Positions 49,049 through 59,966 are shown, counted from the stretch's first letter. The stretch: DNA of 64,000 nt from Caldisericota bacterium (GCA_029548865.1 JAKPMO010000007.1:30264-94263); one strand, 5' to 3'. Notes: generated by a model from the letters alone, not told the origin. Translations and numbers: made by a program.

Positions 49049-49738
49049 ATGCCCAGGGAAAACATACTCGTTGTGGACGATGAAGAAGACATCCTGGAAC
49101 TGCTTAGGTATAACCTTGCAAAAAATGGTTTTAATGTGATTACTGCAACTTCTGGGGAAGATGCGCTCAAAATAACCAAAACAAAAACTTTTGACATAAT
49201 TTTGCTTGATCTCATGCTGCCCGGAATTGATGGTCTGGATGTCTGCAAAGAATTCAAAAAAAACCAGTCTATATCGTCAATACCAATCATAATGCTCACT
49301 GCAAAGGGTGAGGAAGCAGACATTGTTGCAGGCCTCGAGCTGGGCGCCGATGACTATGTCACAAAACCTTTCAGTCCGAGAGTCCTTATCTCAAGGATCA
49401 GGGCTGTGCTCAGAAGACGCGGCAAGACTGTAACCGACGAAAATTCCCCGCTCAGATACGATGAAATGGAGATTGATCCGAGAAGATTCAAGGTGTTCGT
49501 GAAGAGTTCCCTGGTGGAACTGACCCATACGGAATTTTCTATCCTCTACTTCCTCGCCAAAAAACCCGGTTGGGTCTTCACAAGATACCAGATCATAGAC
49601 GCAATAAAGGGGCTTGATTATCCCGTAACAGACAGATCGGTTGACGTCCAGGTTGTTGGCTTGAGGAAAAAACTTGGAGAATACGGAGACTACATCGAAA
49701 CCGTCAGGGGAGTTGGCTACCGGTTCAGGGAACTATGA
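49049..49738 (+). CDS. phoP: OmpR/PhoB-type response regulator
   Basis: Receiver (D at 'ILLDLMLPGIDG') plus winged-helix 'TVRGVGYRF'. Confidence 0.85.
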   Translation: MPRENILVVDDEEDILELLRYNLAKNGFNVITATSGEDALKITKTKTFDIILLDLMLPGIDGLDVCKEFKKNQSISSIPIIMLTAKGEEADIVAGLELGADDYVTKPFSPRVLISRIRAVLRRRGKTVTDENSPLRYDEMEIDPRRFKVFVKSSLVELTHTEFSILYFLAKKPGWVFTRYQIIDAIKGLDYPVTDRSVDVQVVGLRKKLGEYGDYIETVRGVGYRFREL

Positions 49739-51522
49739 CCAGTAAAACAAGGGGCATTTTCTTTTATCTGTTCTGGCCAAATGCAATCGCAGGACTGGTT
49801 TTTATTATCTTGTTGTCCACTATTACTTCAATATTCCTCGTGAACCGCTATGAAAGCACGATATTCGACTCTCTCGAATCAAAAGCAAGGATCGTCCAGG
49901 CCAGATATGCAAAATTGCTGAAGAGTGAAAGCGTCTGGGAGTTGAGGCAGGATGTTCTTCAGGCAGGCACCGGCTCTCAAACAAGGATAACAGTCATTGG
50001 GACAGGTGGCAATGTAATCTCGGACAGCCAGGCAGACCCTGGCCAGATGGAAAATCACAAAACAAGACCGGAATTCGAGAGCGCCATGTCTGGACAAACA
50101 GGAAAAGATATCAGATCGAGCTATACGCTGGGCAAAGACATGGCCTACCTGGCTGTGCCTCTTGCAACAGATGGAAAAATTATCGGGGTACTAAGGCTTT
50201 CACAATCTATTTATTCAATAGAAATCCTCATTTTAATAGTTTTTCTTTCCTTCCTTGCCTGTTATTTAGTTTTTTGCATTGTACTCATTTTGATCTCCAA
50301 GGCCATATCAAAAAAAATCGTAGAGACAATAAAACAAATTGCTGGAAAAATCAAAGAAATGGCCGGAGAGGACGGAAGATCAAAGCTTTATATAGATGCT
50401 CCAGCCGAATTCGAGATGCTCTCTGGAGCTGTAAACACGGCCGTGGAAACAATCCAGACAATGGTGAATTCTGCAAACGCCGGGACCGCACAACAGGAAG
50501 CAATCCTGTCATCAATGATGGAGGGTGTTCTCGCAATCGACAGCTCCGAGAGAATAATCAGGATATACAAAAATGCTGCAGTACTGCTCGGAGTTGATGA
50601 AAAGCAGGCCGGCAAGTCAATACACGAGGCAATAAGAAACTCATCGTTGATAAAAATCGTCCGCAAAACACTTGTTTCAGATTCACCGGTAGAAGAGGAT
50701 TTTGTGCTGTCAGGGGCTGATGGCGAAAAATACATCATGGCCACCGGGACGACGATAAAGGACAGGAACTCGAAGGTCCTCGGGGCAGTAATTGTTCTCT
50801 CGGACGTAACAAAACTCAGGATGTTTGAGAGAATGAGGAAAGAATTTGTAGCAAATGTTTCCCACGAACTAAGAACACCGGTCACTTCAATTAAAGGTTC
50901 TGTGGAAACCCTGCTAGACGGTGCAATCGATTATCCAAACGACGCAAGAAAGTTCCTCGGCATAATCGCAAGCCAGGCCGAGCGTCTGGGGTCAATAATC
51001 AATGACCTGATGTCACTCTCCAGAATCGAGCAGGAAGAAGAAAAGGGCCTGATACAGATGGAACCACACAATCTGAAAACGATTGTTTTGAATGCCCTTG
51101 AGGACGTCCAGATAAAAGCAAAAGAAAGGTCGATCCAGATTGACCTTGTATGCGAAAGGGACATCACCATTACAGCAAATGACAGGTTACTTGAACAGGC
51201 GATTGTCAACCTTATTGACAATGCAATAAACTACAGCGACCCTGGCTCAAAAATCACCGTGGAGCTGCTGCAAAATAGTGGTGGGGCCACAATTTCGGTC
51301 AAAGATAATGGCATTGGCATCTCAAAAGAACATATCCCAAGACTATTTGAAAGGTTCTACAGGGTAGATAGAGGACGCTCCAGAAAACAGGGAGGAACAG
51401 GGCTCGGCCTTGCCATTGTGAAACACATCGTGAATGCCCACAATGGTCACATGACAGTCGAGAGCATTCCAGGCTCAGGAAGTACTTTCGCAATCCACAT
51501 TCCCGAAAAAACCAACTATTAA
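49735..51522 (+). CDS. phoR: phosphate-regulon sensor histidine kinase
   Basis: Two TM. PAS. H-box 'SHELRTPVTSI'. N/G boxes 'IDNAINYS', 'GGTGLGLAIVKH'. Overlaps phoP by 4 nt. Confidence 0.85.
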   Translation: MTSKTRGIFFYLFWPNAIAGLVFIILLSTITSIFLVNRYESTIFDSLESKARIVQARYAKLLKSESVWELRQDVLQAGTGSQTRITVIGTGGNVISDSQADPGQMENHKTRPEFESAMSGQTGKDIRSSYTLGKDMAYLAVPLATDGKIIGVLRLSQSIYSIEILILIVFLSFLACYLVFCIVLILISKAISKKIVETIKQIAGKIKEMAGEDGRSKLYIDAPAEFEMLSGAVNTAVETIQTMVNSANAGTAQQEAILSSMMEGVLAIDSSERIIRIYKNAAVLLGVDEKQAGKSIHEAIRNSSLIKIVRKTLVSDSPVEEDFVLSGADGEKYIMATGTTIKDRNSKVLGAVIVLSDVTKLRMFERMRKEFVANVSHELRTPVTSIKGSVETLLDGAIDYPNDARKFLGIIASQAERLGSIINDLMSLSRIEQEEEKGLIQMEPHNLKTIVLNALEDVQIKAKERSIQIDLVCERDITITANDRLLEQAIVNLIDNAINYSDPGSKITVELLQNSGGATISVKDNGIGISKEHIPRLFERFYRVDRGRSRKQGGTGLGLAIVKHIVNAHNGHMTVESIPGSGSTFAIHIPEKTNY

Positions 51523-51551
51523 AAGTGCAGATTTTAAAACTGGTTAACCCG

Positions 51552-51591
51552 CTAACACAATCCTAACAGAAAAACCAAAATTGCCTAACAG
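51552..51591 (+). promoter_or_regulatory. putative Pho boxes: three CTAACA(C/G) direct repeats phased at 11 and 22 nt
   Basis: CTAACAC at 51552, CTAACAG at 51563 and 51585. They sit upstream of pstS, immediately downstream of phoPR. Confidence 0.45.
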
Positions 51592-51633
51592 TTGCCAAAT
51601 ATAAAAGACCCGCAAACAGACAAAGGAGAAAAA

Positions 51634-52545
51634 ATGAAAAAGATAAACATCTTTAGAGCAGCAATAGCCACACTTGGAGCTATTGTCCTCCTGTTTACAG
51701 CAGGTTGCGGAGGTCAGAATGGCAATGCCGGAACAAATAGTGGCGATGGCGAAAACACAAACCCTCCAACCCAGACAGTAAATATTACAATAACCGGCTC
51801 GGATTCAATGCTTCATCTTTGCAACAACTGGGCAGAACAGTTCATGAAAAACAACAAGAACTACATGATCACCGTCAACGGCGGGGGATCAGGTGTTGGC
51901 ATCAAGGCGCTCATCAATGGAACCACCGACATAGCATCTGCCTCCCGCGAAATGAAGGGCTCCGAAAAAGACGAAGCAAAGACAAACGGAAACGAAGCAG
52001 TCGAGAACCTCGTGGCCCTTGACGGGATAGCAATTGCAATCAACCCGGAAAACCCTGTACAAGACTTCACTATGACACAACTCAAGGACATCTTCACCGG
52101 AAAGAAAACCAATTGGAAAGACTTTGGTGGCCCAGACCAGAAGATAATTATCCTCTCAAGGGAATCATCTTCCGGGACCTACCAATTCTTCCAGGAACAC
52201 GTCCTTGCGAAAGAAAATTATGCACAGACAGCGCTCCTCATGCCAGCAACATCAGCAATTATTGATTCAGTTGCTCAGGACAAGTGGGCAATCGGATACG
52301 TCGGTCTTGGCTACGCAGCAGAAGCTGGCTCGAGAATCAAGGTGGTACCAGTCAAGAAAGATGATGCATCGCCAGCAGTAATGCCATCAGAAGCAACAGT
52401 AAAAGACAAGAGCTACCCAATCGCCCGCGCCCTTTACCTCTACACCAAAACCACGAGCACAAGCGATGTAACAAAATTCATTGATTTCGTCCTCTCTTCA
52501 GAAGGACAGAACATCGTCAAGGAAGCTGGCTACATAACAAAATAA
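51634..52545 (+). CDS. pstS: phosphate ABC transporter substrate-binding lipoprotein
   Basis: Start refined to MKKINIF. Lipobox 'FTAGCGG'. PBP fold 'GSGVGIKALINGTTDIASASREMK'. Confidence 0.85.
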   Translation: MKKINIFRAAIATLGAIVLLFTAGCGGQNGNAGTNSGDGENTNPPTQTVNITITGSDSMLHLCNNWAEQFMKNNKNYMITVNGGGSGVGIKALINGTTDIASASREMKGSEKDEAKTNGNEAVENLVALDGIAIAINPENPVQDFTMTQLKDIFTGKKTNWKDFGGPDQKIIILSRESSSGTYQFFQEHVLAKENYAQTALLMPATSAIIDSVAQDKWAIGYVGLGYAAEAGSRIKVVPVKKDDASPAVMPSEATVKDKSYPIARALYLYTKTTSTSDVTKFIDFVLSSEGQNIVKEAGYITK

Positions 52546-52561
52546 GGTAAAGAAATCAAAC

Positions 52562-52604
52562 CTTTGAGGGTAGCCTTTTGGTGCTACCCTCAAAGTCTTT
52601 TTTT
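52562..52604 (+). terminator. intra-operon rho-independent terminator after pstS
   Basis: CTTTGAGGGTAGC-cttttggt-GCTACCCTCAAAG, a perfect 13-bp stem, followed by TCTTTTTTT. Confidence 0.75.
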
Positions 52605-52619
52605 GACAGGAGCAAATAC

Positions 52620-53489
52620 GTGCAAAAATGGAAAGAAAAGGCAGTAAAGCTTGGCCTGCTTGGGGCCTCGTCGACTTCAATACTGATCGTCCTGCTCATT
52701 TTCTTCTATCTTATAAAAGAGGCCCTTCCATTTGCGCTTGACCCAGGTCTTTCTTCACTTTCCGGCAGTCTTTGGGCGCCAACCTCGATGCTCAAGGAAT
52801 CTTTTGGAATACTGCCACTTTTGACAGGCTCCCTTCTTGTAACGGCCATAGCCACAATAATAGCTGTGCCGGTAGGCGTTACGGCCGCAATCTACATCTC
52901 CGAGATTGCCAGACCCGCAGAAAGGGAAGTCCTTAAACCTTTTATTGAACTTCTCGCGGCACTCCCTTCCGTTGTGATAGGGTTTTTTGGGTTGGTCGTT
53001 TTTGTTCCGCTGGTGAAATCGGTTTTCGGACTATCCACCGGACTGACCGCACTTACCGGCGCCCTGCTCCTAGCTCTGATGGCCATCCCCACAATCATAT
53101 CAATTTCCGAAGACGCCATAAATTCTGTTCCTGGCTCCTACAAACAAGCTTCTCTTGCCCTTGGGGCAAGCAAACTCGAAACAATATTCAAAATAACTGT
53201 CCCGGCCGCACTCTCCGGAATAGTGGCCTCCATAACGCTTGGAATCGGAAGAGTCATTGGCGAAACCATGGCAGTGCTGATGGTTACAGGAAACGCCGCC
53301 GTTGTGACCATGAACCCACTGACATCAGTTAGAACTATGACTGCAACGGTAGCCGCAGAAATGGGTGAAGTAGCCTTTGGCTCCCACCACTACAGGGCGC
53401 TGTTCTGGGTGGCCCTGATATTACTTGGAATAACCTTTGCACTTAATATTCTGGCCCAAAAGGCACTTTCAAAGTACAAACTCGGATAA
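52620..53489 (+). CDS. pstC: phosphate ABC transporter permease PstC
   Basis: GTG start after AGGAG. The TTG at 52578 lies inside the terminator stem and was rejected. 'EIARP' / 'GIGRVIGETMAVLMV' permease motifs. Confidence 0.85.
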   Translation: MQKWKEKAVKLGLLGASSTSILIVLLIFFYLIKEALPFALDPGLSSLSGSLWAPTSMLKESFGILPLLTGSLLVTAIATIIAVPVGVTAAIYISEIARPAEREVLKPFIELLAALPSVVIGFFGLVVFVPLVKSVFGLSTGLTALTGALLLALMAIPTIISISEDAINSVPGSYKQASLALGASKLETIFKITVPAALSGIVASITLGIGRVIGETMAVLMVTGNAAVVTMNPLTSVRTMTATVAAEMGEVAFGSHHYRALFWVALILLGITFALNILAQKALSKYKLG

Positions 53490-54340
53490 TGGCAAAAAAG
53501 AAAACTGAAAAGATTGTATATGGTGTTATTTGGTTTGTGACCTATCTGGTCGTGTTCATGGTGGGCTACATAATTTTTGACATTGTCATAAAAGGATTGC
53601 CTGCCATTTCGTGGGACTTCCTCACACAGATGCCATCAAAATCAGGCTCCCAGGGTGGTATACTGCCAGCAATCATAGGTACTTTCTATCTGGTGATCGG
53701 GACCGTGGCAATTGCACTCCCGCTTGGCATTGCCTCGGCCATATACCTCAATGAATATTCAAGGCCGTCCACGTTCACAAGGATGATAAGGCTTGGAATA
53801 AGTACACTGGCCGGCGTTCCTTCAATTGTTTTTGGGCTTTTTGGAATGGGGCTTTTTGTGCTTGCGCTGGGCTTTGGCAAATCGATACTTGCAGGCAGCC
53901 TTACGCTTGCCTGCATGGTTCTTCCAACCATCATAGTGGCCTCCGAAGAGGCATTGAAGGCTGTCCCAGACTCGATGAGGGAGGGCAGCCTTGCTCTCGG
54001 CGCAACAAAATGGCAGACGATCTACAGAAACGTCCTTCCCTACGCACTCCCTGGAATGCTCACCGGCTCGATACTTGGCATTGGAAGGGCTGCGGGTGAA
54101 ACCGCCCCGATCATTTTTACAGTTGCAGCAACACTCCTTCCAAAGCTCCCAAGGTCAATATTTGATCAGGTAATGGCCCTGCCATACCACCTATACATGC
54201 TTGCAACCCAGATGCCCAACCAGACCACAATAAAACCAATGCAATACGGGACAGCCTTTGTCCTGCTCGTCATAGTCCTTGGCGTAGATGTTGTGGCAAT
54301 CATTTTCCGCAGCAGGCTCAGGAGGAAAAACAAATGGTGA
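53489..54340 (+). CDS. pstA: phosphate ABC transporter permease PstA
   Basis: '[15 protein letters not shown]'. ATG overlaps the pstC stop. Confidence 0.85.
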   Translation: MAKKKTEKIVYGVIWFVTYLVVFMVGYIIFDIVIKGLPAISWDFLTQMPSKSGSQGGILPAIIGTFYLVIGTVAIALPLGIASAIYLNEYSRPSTFTRMIRLGISTLAGVPSIVFGLFGMGLFVLALGFGKSILAGSLTLACMVLPTIIVASEEALKAVPDSMREGSLALGATKWQTIYRNVLPYALPGMLTGSILGIGRAAGETAPIIFTVAATLLPKLPRSIFDQVMALPYHLYMLATQMPNQTTIKPMQYGTAFVLLVIVLGVDVVAIIFRSRLRRKNKW

Positions 54341-55131
54341 TGATAGGAAACCAGACACCACCGCAGATTGATGAACCAGAGATTGAAATAGATGTCCAGA
54401 ACCTGGATTTTTATTACGGGAAACACCAGGCCCTCCATGATATTTGTATATCAATACCAAAGGGCATGGTTACAGCGCTTATCGGCCCTTCAGGGTGCGG
54501 AAAATCGACTTTTCTGCGCACCCTGAACAGAATGAATGACATCATTGGAGGAACAAGAGTAGAGGGAAAAATCGTCATCCAGTCACAGGACATCTACGCA
54601 CCAAACATCGATGTGGTCATGCTCAGGAAAAGGGTTGGAATGGTCTTTCAGAAACCAAACCCTTTCCCAAAATCGATTTTCGAGAATGTTGCATATGGAC
54701 CAAGGATACACGGCATAAAGAACAGGGCACAACTCCAGGAGATCGTGGAAAGAAGCCTCGTGAGGGCCGCAATATGGGACGAGGTCAAGGACAGACTCCA
54801 CATAAGCGGGCTTGAGCTCTCCGGCGGACAGCAACAGAGGCTTTGCATCGCCAGGGCACTCGCGGTTGACCCCGACATACTGTTAATGGACGAACCTGCC
54901 TCGGCCCTTGATCCAAGGTCTACCCAAAGAATAGAAGATCTTATTGCCGAGTTGCGGGGTGATTACACAATTGTCATCGTTACGCACAATATGCAACAAG
55001 CGGCAAGAGTTTCGGACTACACAGCTTTCTTTTATGAAGGACATTTAATTGAGTTTGGAAAGACAGAACGTATATTCACAAAACCAAATAACAAGCAAAC
55101 CGAGGACTACATAACCGGTCGCTTCGGATGA
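54334..55131 (+). CDS. pstB: phosphate ABC transporter ATP-binding protein PstB
   Basis: Walker A 'GPSGCGKST'. Signature 'LSGGQQQRL'. Walker B '[12 protein letters not shown]'. Confidence 0.9.
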   Translation: MVMIGNQTPPQIDEPEIEIDVQNLDFYYGKHQALHDICISIPKGMVTALIGPSGCGKSTFLRTLNRMNDIIGGTRVEGKIVIQSQDIYAPNIDVVMLRKRVGMVFQKPNPFPKSIFENVAYGPRIHGIKNRAQLQEIVERSLVRAAIWDEVKDRLHISGLELSGGQQQRLCIARALAVDPDILLMDEPASALDPRSTQRIEDLIAELRGDYTIVIVTHNMQQAARVSDYTAFFYEGHLIEFGKTERIFTKPNNKQTEDYITGRFG

Positions 55132-55147
55132 TTTGGAGGGTTAGAAA

Positions 55148-55840
55148 ATGCCAAAAAATTTTCTGCTTGAAGTAGAGACCCTGAAAAAAAAGACACTTTA
55201 CCTCTCAGCGATAGTCGAAGAGACTTTTCAGAAGACCATGAAGGCCTTTCAGGAAAGGGACGAAGCCACAGCAAAAGCAATCATCGAGGCCGACTACGAA
55301 ATAGACACCCTTGAAGTGGACCTGGAAGAGGAATGCCTCAAGGTGTTGGCACTCCACCAACCCGTTGCTTCAGATCTCAGGTACATCACCTCTATAATCA
55401 AAATCAATAGCGAGCTTGAAAGGATTGGCGACCTTGCCTGCAATATCTGCAAGTGCCTCCTCAGAATGGCCAAATTGCCAAGGGTCGATCCAGTCCCTGA
55501 AATCGAATTGATGGCGGAACGCTCAAAAATAATGTTCAGGCAGAGCCTCGATGCCCTGATGAGAATGGACACGGTTCTTGCCTACAAGATATTCTCCGAT
55601 GACGAGGAAGTGGACAAGGGCAAGAGAATCGTCTACGAACTAGTAAAAGAGAGGATCAAAAAGAACCCTGATGATCTTGAGGCCTATCTAAACATCCTCT
55701 CTGTATCGAGGTTTCTTGAGCGCATCGCAGACCACGCAACAAATATCGCCGAAGACGTTGTTTATATGCTTGAGGGCGAGATAGTAAGACACAAGGTGGA
55801 AGGCTCCACTGCCAGCAAGCAACACAAAGACAATCAATAA
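55148..55840 (+). CDS. phoU: phosphate signalling regulator PhoU
   Basis: Two PhoU repeats ('IGDLACNI', 'ERIADHATNIAEDV'). Confidence 0.85.
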   Translation: MPKNFLLEVETLKKKTLYLSAIVEETFQKTMKAFQERDEATAKAIIEADYEIDTLEVDLEEECLKVLALHQPVASDLRYITSIIKINSELERIGDLACNICKCLLRMAKLPRVDPVPEIELMAERSKIMFRQSLDALMRMDTVLAYKIFSDDEEVDKGKRIVYELVKERIKKNPDDLEAYLNILSVSRFLERIADHATNIAEDVVYMLEGEIVRHKVEGSTASKQHKDNQ

Positions 55841-56836
55841 TTATTCTGCCACAAAAACCTTCTGGCTATAACCAGATACGACCATCCCGCCAGGAAAAAA
55901 CTCAACCTGGTTTGTCCCATCCGGGACGACAAATTCTGATATTTTTGTGAGTTTAAGGTCCATTGTAACTAATTTGCCAGTGCAGATGGCCGCAATACCA
56001 TCAGGTGCGGCAGAGACAAATATGGGCTGGCATCCAATATCGACTGCATAAACCATATTACCTTTTCTGTCCAGGGCCATCAGCCCCTTGTCATAGGCGA
56101 TTATCAGCTTGCCACCCAGCTCCACTGGCTGGCATGTGGCCCTTATGGGTTTTGACCAGAGGACACTGCCCGTGGCCTGATCAAGTGCAATCGTTTCGTT
56201 TTCGCAGAGCGCAACCACGCCCCACGAAAATGCCTTCAGATTGTTTGTTCTGGAAATGAGCTTTGCTCCCCAGAGGAGGTCACCGGACTCATTCCTTGCC
56301 TGGACTTCACCCTCAACTGTGACCGTATAGATATTACCGCCATTGGCTTCGATAATGGGGAGCGAGAGCGGCACAGCAAACTTTTTTTCTCCAACAAAAA
56401 CACCCTCGCCTTCGACCCTGTAAATCTTCCCAGAGTACGTTTTTGGCAGGGAACCAATTTTCTCATTCTGGTTCTTCAAGATTTCTCTGCCTCTGCCATC
56501 AAGACGGACAGTCAGGTCTCCGGCCATGCTCTGGAAGACGCAAACAATATTATCACTGGCTGTTCCAACATAAACACACTGCCAGCCTTTGTCTGTTGGC
56601 GCATCATACTTCCACTCTGGCTCAAGTTCTGGCAAGGAAAGCGAGACTACAGAACCTTCAACAGGGATTATCAGGCTATCACCAAACAGCATAGCCTTTC
56701 CGGTTGAATGATAACCAGATGACGCGCCTTCCACAAATTTGACGGTTGCTGATGCAGGTTTTACTGGCGATTGGCCGCATGAGACCAACAAAAAAAAGGC
56801 TAACGTGCTAACGGCGCCAAATGTCCTGGTTGTCAT
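55841..56836 (-). CDS. PQQ-like beta-propeller lipoprotein
   Basis: Start refined to MTTRTF. Lipobox 'LLVSCGQ'. Repeats 'GDLLWGAKL', 'GSVLWSKPI'. Confidence 0.45.
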   Translation of the reverse strand: MTTRTFGAVSTLAFFLLVSCGQSPVKPASATVKFVEGASSGYHSTGKAMLFGDSLIIPVEGSVVSLSLPELEPEWKYDAPTDKGWQCVYVGTASDNIVCVFQSMAGDLTVRLDGRGREILKNQNEKIGSLPKTYSGKIYRVEGEGVFVGEKKFAVPLSLPIIEANGGNIYTVTVEGEVQARNESGDLLWGAKLISRTNNLKAFSWGVVALCENETIALDQATGSVLWSKPIRATCQPVELGGKLIIAYDKGLMALDRKGNMVYAVDIGCQPIFVSAAPDGIAAICTGKLVTMDLKLTKISEFVVPDGTNQVEFFPGGMVVSGYSQKVFVAE

Positions 56837-57623
56837 ATCTTCCGTCTTCCCTTTCATTATCGTCCTGGTTTGGTCTCCTGCCAAAAAACCTTGATTGCTT
56901 CTTCATTTGGGTAATCACTGGCCCCCACGGTTGTGGCGCGTATGGCCTGAAAAGCTTAAGATAGGCAAAACCAACGATGTATCCATAGATGAAGCCACCA
57001 ATGTGTGCCCACCAGGCCACGCCTCCATCTCCACCAAGGAGGTTGAAGAATTGCATTCCAAACCAGATTAGGAGCCACCAGTAGGCTGAGATGTCAACAA
57101 ACGTTATAAAGAAGAAAATGACAAGAGTTCTTATTTTTGATGTTGGAAAGAGGGCAAGATACGAGCCCATGACGGCCGCAATGGCCCCAGAAGCACCGAT
57201 AGTCGGGACAAAAGCATTCGTTGGGTTGAGGGAAAAGGCCATGTGCGAGAGATTAGCTATCACACCACCAGTGATGTAGAAAACCAGAAAACCCAGCCAG
57301 CCATAGGCATTTTCTATGTTGTCGCCAAAAACCCATAGATAAAGCATGTTGAAGAGGATATGGAGGAAGTCACCATGAAGAAACAGTGATGTGACAAGGG
57401 TAAGCAGGTATGGGATTGCAGGATAGGGATACCCGGCAGGCAATTCCCATCCTGCTATTATGCCAGGAGTCATACCATATTTTGCAACAAAGATGGCATT
57501 ATTGTCTGGAGAAAGTGTTATTTGATAGATAAAAACTATTGCGCAGGCAATAATGATCGACCAAACGACATAAGGCCTTTTGGTATTGGCTCTCCTGAGG
57601 TTGTAATCAAATAATGGAATCAT
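56808..57623 (-). CDS. rhomboid-family intramembrane serine protease
   Basis: 'GASGAIAAVMG' Ser and 'AHIGGFIYG' His in TM helices. 6-7 TM. Confidence 0.8.
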   Translation of the reverse strand: MIPLFDYNLRRANTKRPYVVWSIIIACAIVFIYQITLSPDNNAIFVAKYGMTPGIIAGWELPAGYPYPAIPYLLTLVTSLFLHGDFLHILFNMLYLWVFGDNIENAYGWLGFLVFYITGGVIANLSHMAFSLNPTNAFVPTIGASGAIAAVMGSYLALFPTSKIRTLVIFFFITFVDISAYWWLLIWFGMQFFNLLGGDGGVAWWAHIGGFIYGYIVGFAYLKLFRPYAPQPWGPVITQMKKQSRFFGRRPNQDDNEREDGRYDNQDIWRR

Positions 57624-58504
57624 TGCCCCTTGCCCTCTTCTTCATTCTCTGGTTTTTTTGGTTCTTCTTCTTTTGGCTCCTCTTTCTTTTTGCCAGCAAC
57701 TTCCTTGTCTGCTTGTTCAATGAGCACCAACTCTTCATCGGAAACTGTGGATTGGATTTTGCTCCTTCTCAGGTAGATGTGTAGGCCTATTGCCAAGAGA
57801 AGCCCCAATATGTTCCCCATCTGGGCAGAATTGAATGGCGTCCCAAAAAGGGCCCCATGCCCAGGGTCTGATCTTAGAAACTCTGTTCCAAGATGGAAGA
57901 TAGTGTACATGTAGAGGAAAAGTGTAAAAAGCCAGCCCTGGAAGAATTTGCGTTTTGTAGATACCCAGTAGAGCACAACAAACATGATGACAGCAACGGC
58001 GGCATTCACAAGCTGTGTTGGAAAAACCGGCACAAGTTTTCCAGTCCCAGGCATCACGATACCCCAAGAGCAATCAGGGCCATAGCAACAACCATTCATG
58101 AAACAGCCAAGCCTGCCAAAAAAATAGCCTATTGCAATGCTTGGTGCCGCAAGATCCATTATTCTCCAGAAAGACAGTTTTCGCACTTTGGTAAATATGG
58201 CCACGGCAGGTATGTTAAAGACAATAATGCCGATAAATGATAAGCCTGACATCTGCAGTGTGAATATTTCAAGAGGATTGGCAAGCCAGTACGAGAAATT
58301 GTTTGTGAATATGTACATCAGCCTTGCACCAATTATGCCTACCAGAACACCCATGAACGCCAGATCGTAAAGATCATTTTTCTTCAGGCCATGATACTTG
58401 CACCTGGTCCAAGCGTAGGCAACACCTGCAATAATCCCAACTGTAATCAGGATGCCGTACCAGCGAATCTCGAAGTTGCCAATAAAAAATGCAATTGGAT
58501 GCAT
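57620..58504 (-). CDS. lgt: prolipoprotein diacylglyceryl transferase
   Basis: 'IRWYGILI', 'GARLMYI', 'FGRLGCFMNGCCYG'. Overlaps the rhomboid start by 4 nt. Confidence 0.9.
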   Translation of the reverse strand: MHPIAFFIGNFEIRWYGILITVGIIAGVAYAWTRCKYHGLKKNDLYDLAFMGVLVGIIGARLMYIFTNNFSYWLANPLEIFTLQMSGLSFIGIIVFNIPAVAIFTKVRKLSFWRIMDLAAPSIAIGYFFGRLGCFMNGCCYGPDCSWGIVMPGTGKLVPVFPTQLVNAAVAVIMFVVLYWVSTKRKFFQGWLFTLFLYMYTIFHLGTEFLRSDPGHGALFGTPFNSAQMGNILGLLLAIGLHIYLRRSKIQSTVSDEELVLIEQADKEVAGKKKEEPKEEEPKKPENEEEGKGQ

Positions 58505-58575
58505 CTGTCCTCCTTGTACGCAACTTTTATAACATATTATTGAAAAAAATCGATTGTGTATTTATTATTTGCCCC

Positions 58576-59505
58576 ATGAAAAGAAACCTAGCTTTTGCGT
58601 TGCTACTCACAATAGCCTTTGCTTCATGCGGCACACCATCTTACCTTGAAGGCCCAGGTGAAACAAAAAAAGAAATAGGTGCTGTGGCCCCAGTTCCAAA
58701 TGAGGCAAAGCTCGTGGAGATAGGCGAAGAGATGCAAAAGAAGATCGCTTCGTTCAACTACCTCACTGATATTGAAGGTAAAATAAACATCCTTAACAAA
58801 GAGCAAAGAGAATATAACGTGACCCAGGCAAGCGACGCAGGAGAGCCAGAGATACTGAAAAATGATTCAGAAAAAGACGGAACCATCGAAATTCTTTACA
58901 GCGCTGGGAGTGTTGCAATACTGAACCTTGCCATCAGCAGAATTACAAATTTCCAGGTATCCGAGCTTTATTTGCCACCAAAAGCAACACAAAGCGACAT
59001 CCAGTCTGGAAGGGAAATGGACAGGATGATAGCCGAGCGTGTGGCAAGAGCTTTCTTCACATATATGGGCAAAAACCTTGAAAATTACAAAATAATGTCG
59101 ATCAATACTGGAATGGATGGCCAGTCAAAGGTTGTTTTCTCCGAAATTCTCAAAGATGAAGAAGTTCCATCACCAAACCGATTGGTTGCTGAAATAGATT
59201 TCTGGGGTTTTGTGGTTGGCTTTGATGACGGGATTGGGCCGGATGTGACCATCGGAACCAAACCAGCAACCAACGAAGAGGACGCCATAAAGACTGCAAA
59301 AGCATACCTTGGCATGAAAAAAGACAGGGAATTCATCAACTCACCGAAGAGAGTGGTCTATCGAAAGGAGTCTGTCGAGAACGGAAAACTGTATGCCCTC
59401 GACAGACTGGTATGGTTTTTCGACTTGATTCCGGAGAAGTTTGAGGGCAGAGCCGCTTTAATGGTTGACGCCATAGCACCAGGGAAGGTGGTCGGCGAGC
59501 AATAG
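58576..59505 (+). CDS. lipoprotein, function unknown
   Basis: Start refined to MKRNLAFALLLTIAFASCG (lipobox). Confidence 0.4.
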   Translation: MKRNLAFALLLTIAFASCGTPSYLEGPGETKKEIGAVAPVPNEAKLVEIGEEMQKKIASFNYLTDIEGKINILNKEQREYNVTQASDAGEPEILKNDSEKDGTIEILYSAGSVAILNLAISRITNFQVSELYLPPKATQSDIQSGREMDRMIAERVARAFFTYMGKNLENYKIMSINTGMDGQSKVVFSEILKDEEVPSPNRLVAEIDFWGFVVGFDDGIGPDVTIGTKPATNEEDAIKTAKAYLGMKKDREFINSPKRVVYRKESVENGKLYALDRLVWFFDLIPEKFEGRAALMVDAIAPGKVVGEQ

Positions 59506-59507
59506 AA

Positions 59508-59891
59508 TTACCTGGTCTTTGCTATTGCATCCATCTCCACGTTGAAGCCAAGCGGCAATGCTGAAACTGCCACAGCAACTCTTGCTGGCGGATTGGTTTT
59601 GAAAAATTCCTTGTAGATCTCATTCACTTCCTTGAAGAAGTCCATTGAGGTAAGATAAACGGTAATTTTCACAACATCCTCCAGAGTACATCCTGCTTCT
59701 TCAAGAATGCCGGTTATGTTCTGCAACACCTGTCTGGCTTGCTCTGATGGAGAACTTTTGATGTGATCACCGGTTTTTGGGTCAATCGGAATCTGGCCAG
59801 AACAGAAAATAAATTCCCCTGCCTGTATTGCCTGTGAATATGGGCCAATCGCCTCTGGCGCGTTTTTTGTCTTGATAACCTTCTTGTCCAT
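59508..59891 (-). CDS. ridA: RidA/YjgF-family reactive-intermediate deaminase
   Basis: 127-aa core 'MDKKVIKTKNAPEAIGPYSQAI...ARVAVAVSALPLGFNVEMDAIA' with AAGGAGG 7 nt upstream. The longer 258-aa ORF is a spurious extension. Confidence 0.8.
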   Translation of the reverse strand: MDKKVIKTKNAPEAIGPYSQAIQAGEFIFCSGQIPIDPKTGDHIKSSPSEQARQVLQNITGILEEAGCTLEDVVKITVYLTSMDFFKEVNEIYKEFFKTNPPARVAVAVSALPLGFNVEMDAIAKTR

Positions 59892-59966
59892 GCAACCTCC
59901 TTGCCTTTGTGTGTGTATGTGTGTAGGATAATACGTTAGTTTTGTTTTTTCCACAATGGAGGTAGT

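Noticed and set aside
52578-52619. TTG/GTG start of pstC at 52578-52581
   Set aside because: It lies inside the 13-bp stem of the pstS terminator. The in-frame GTG at 52620 has an AGGAG SD.
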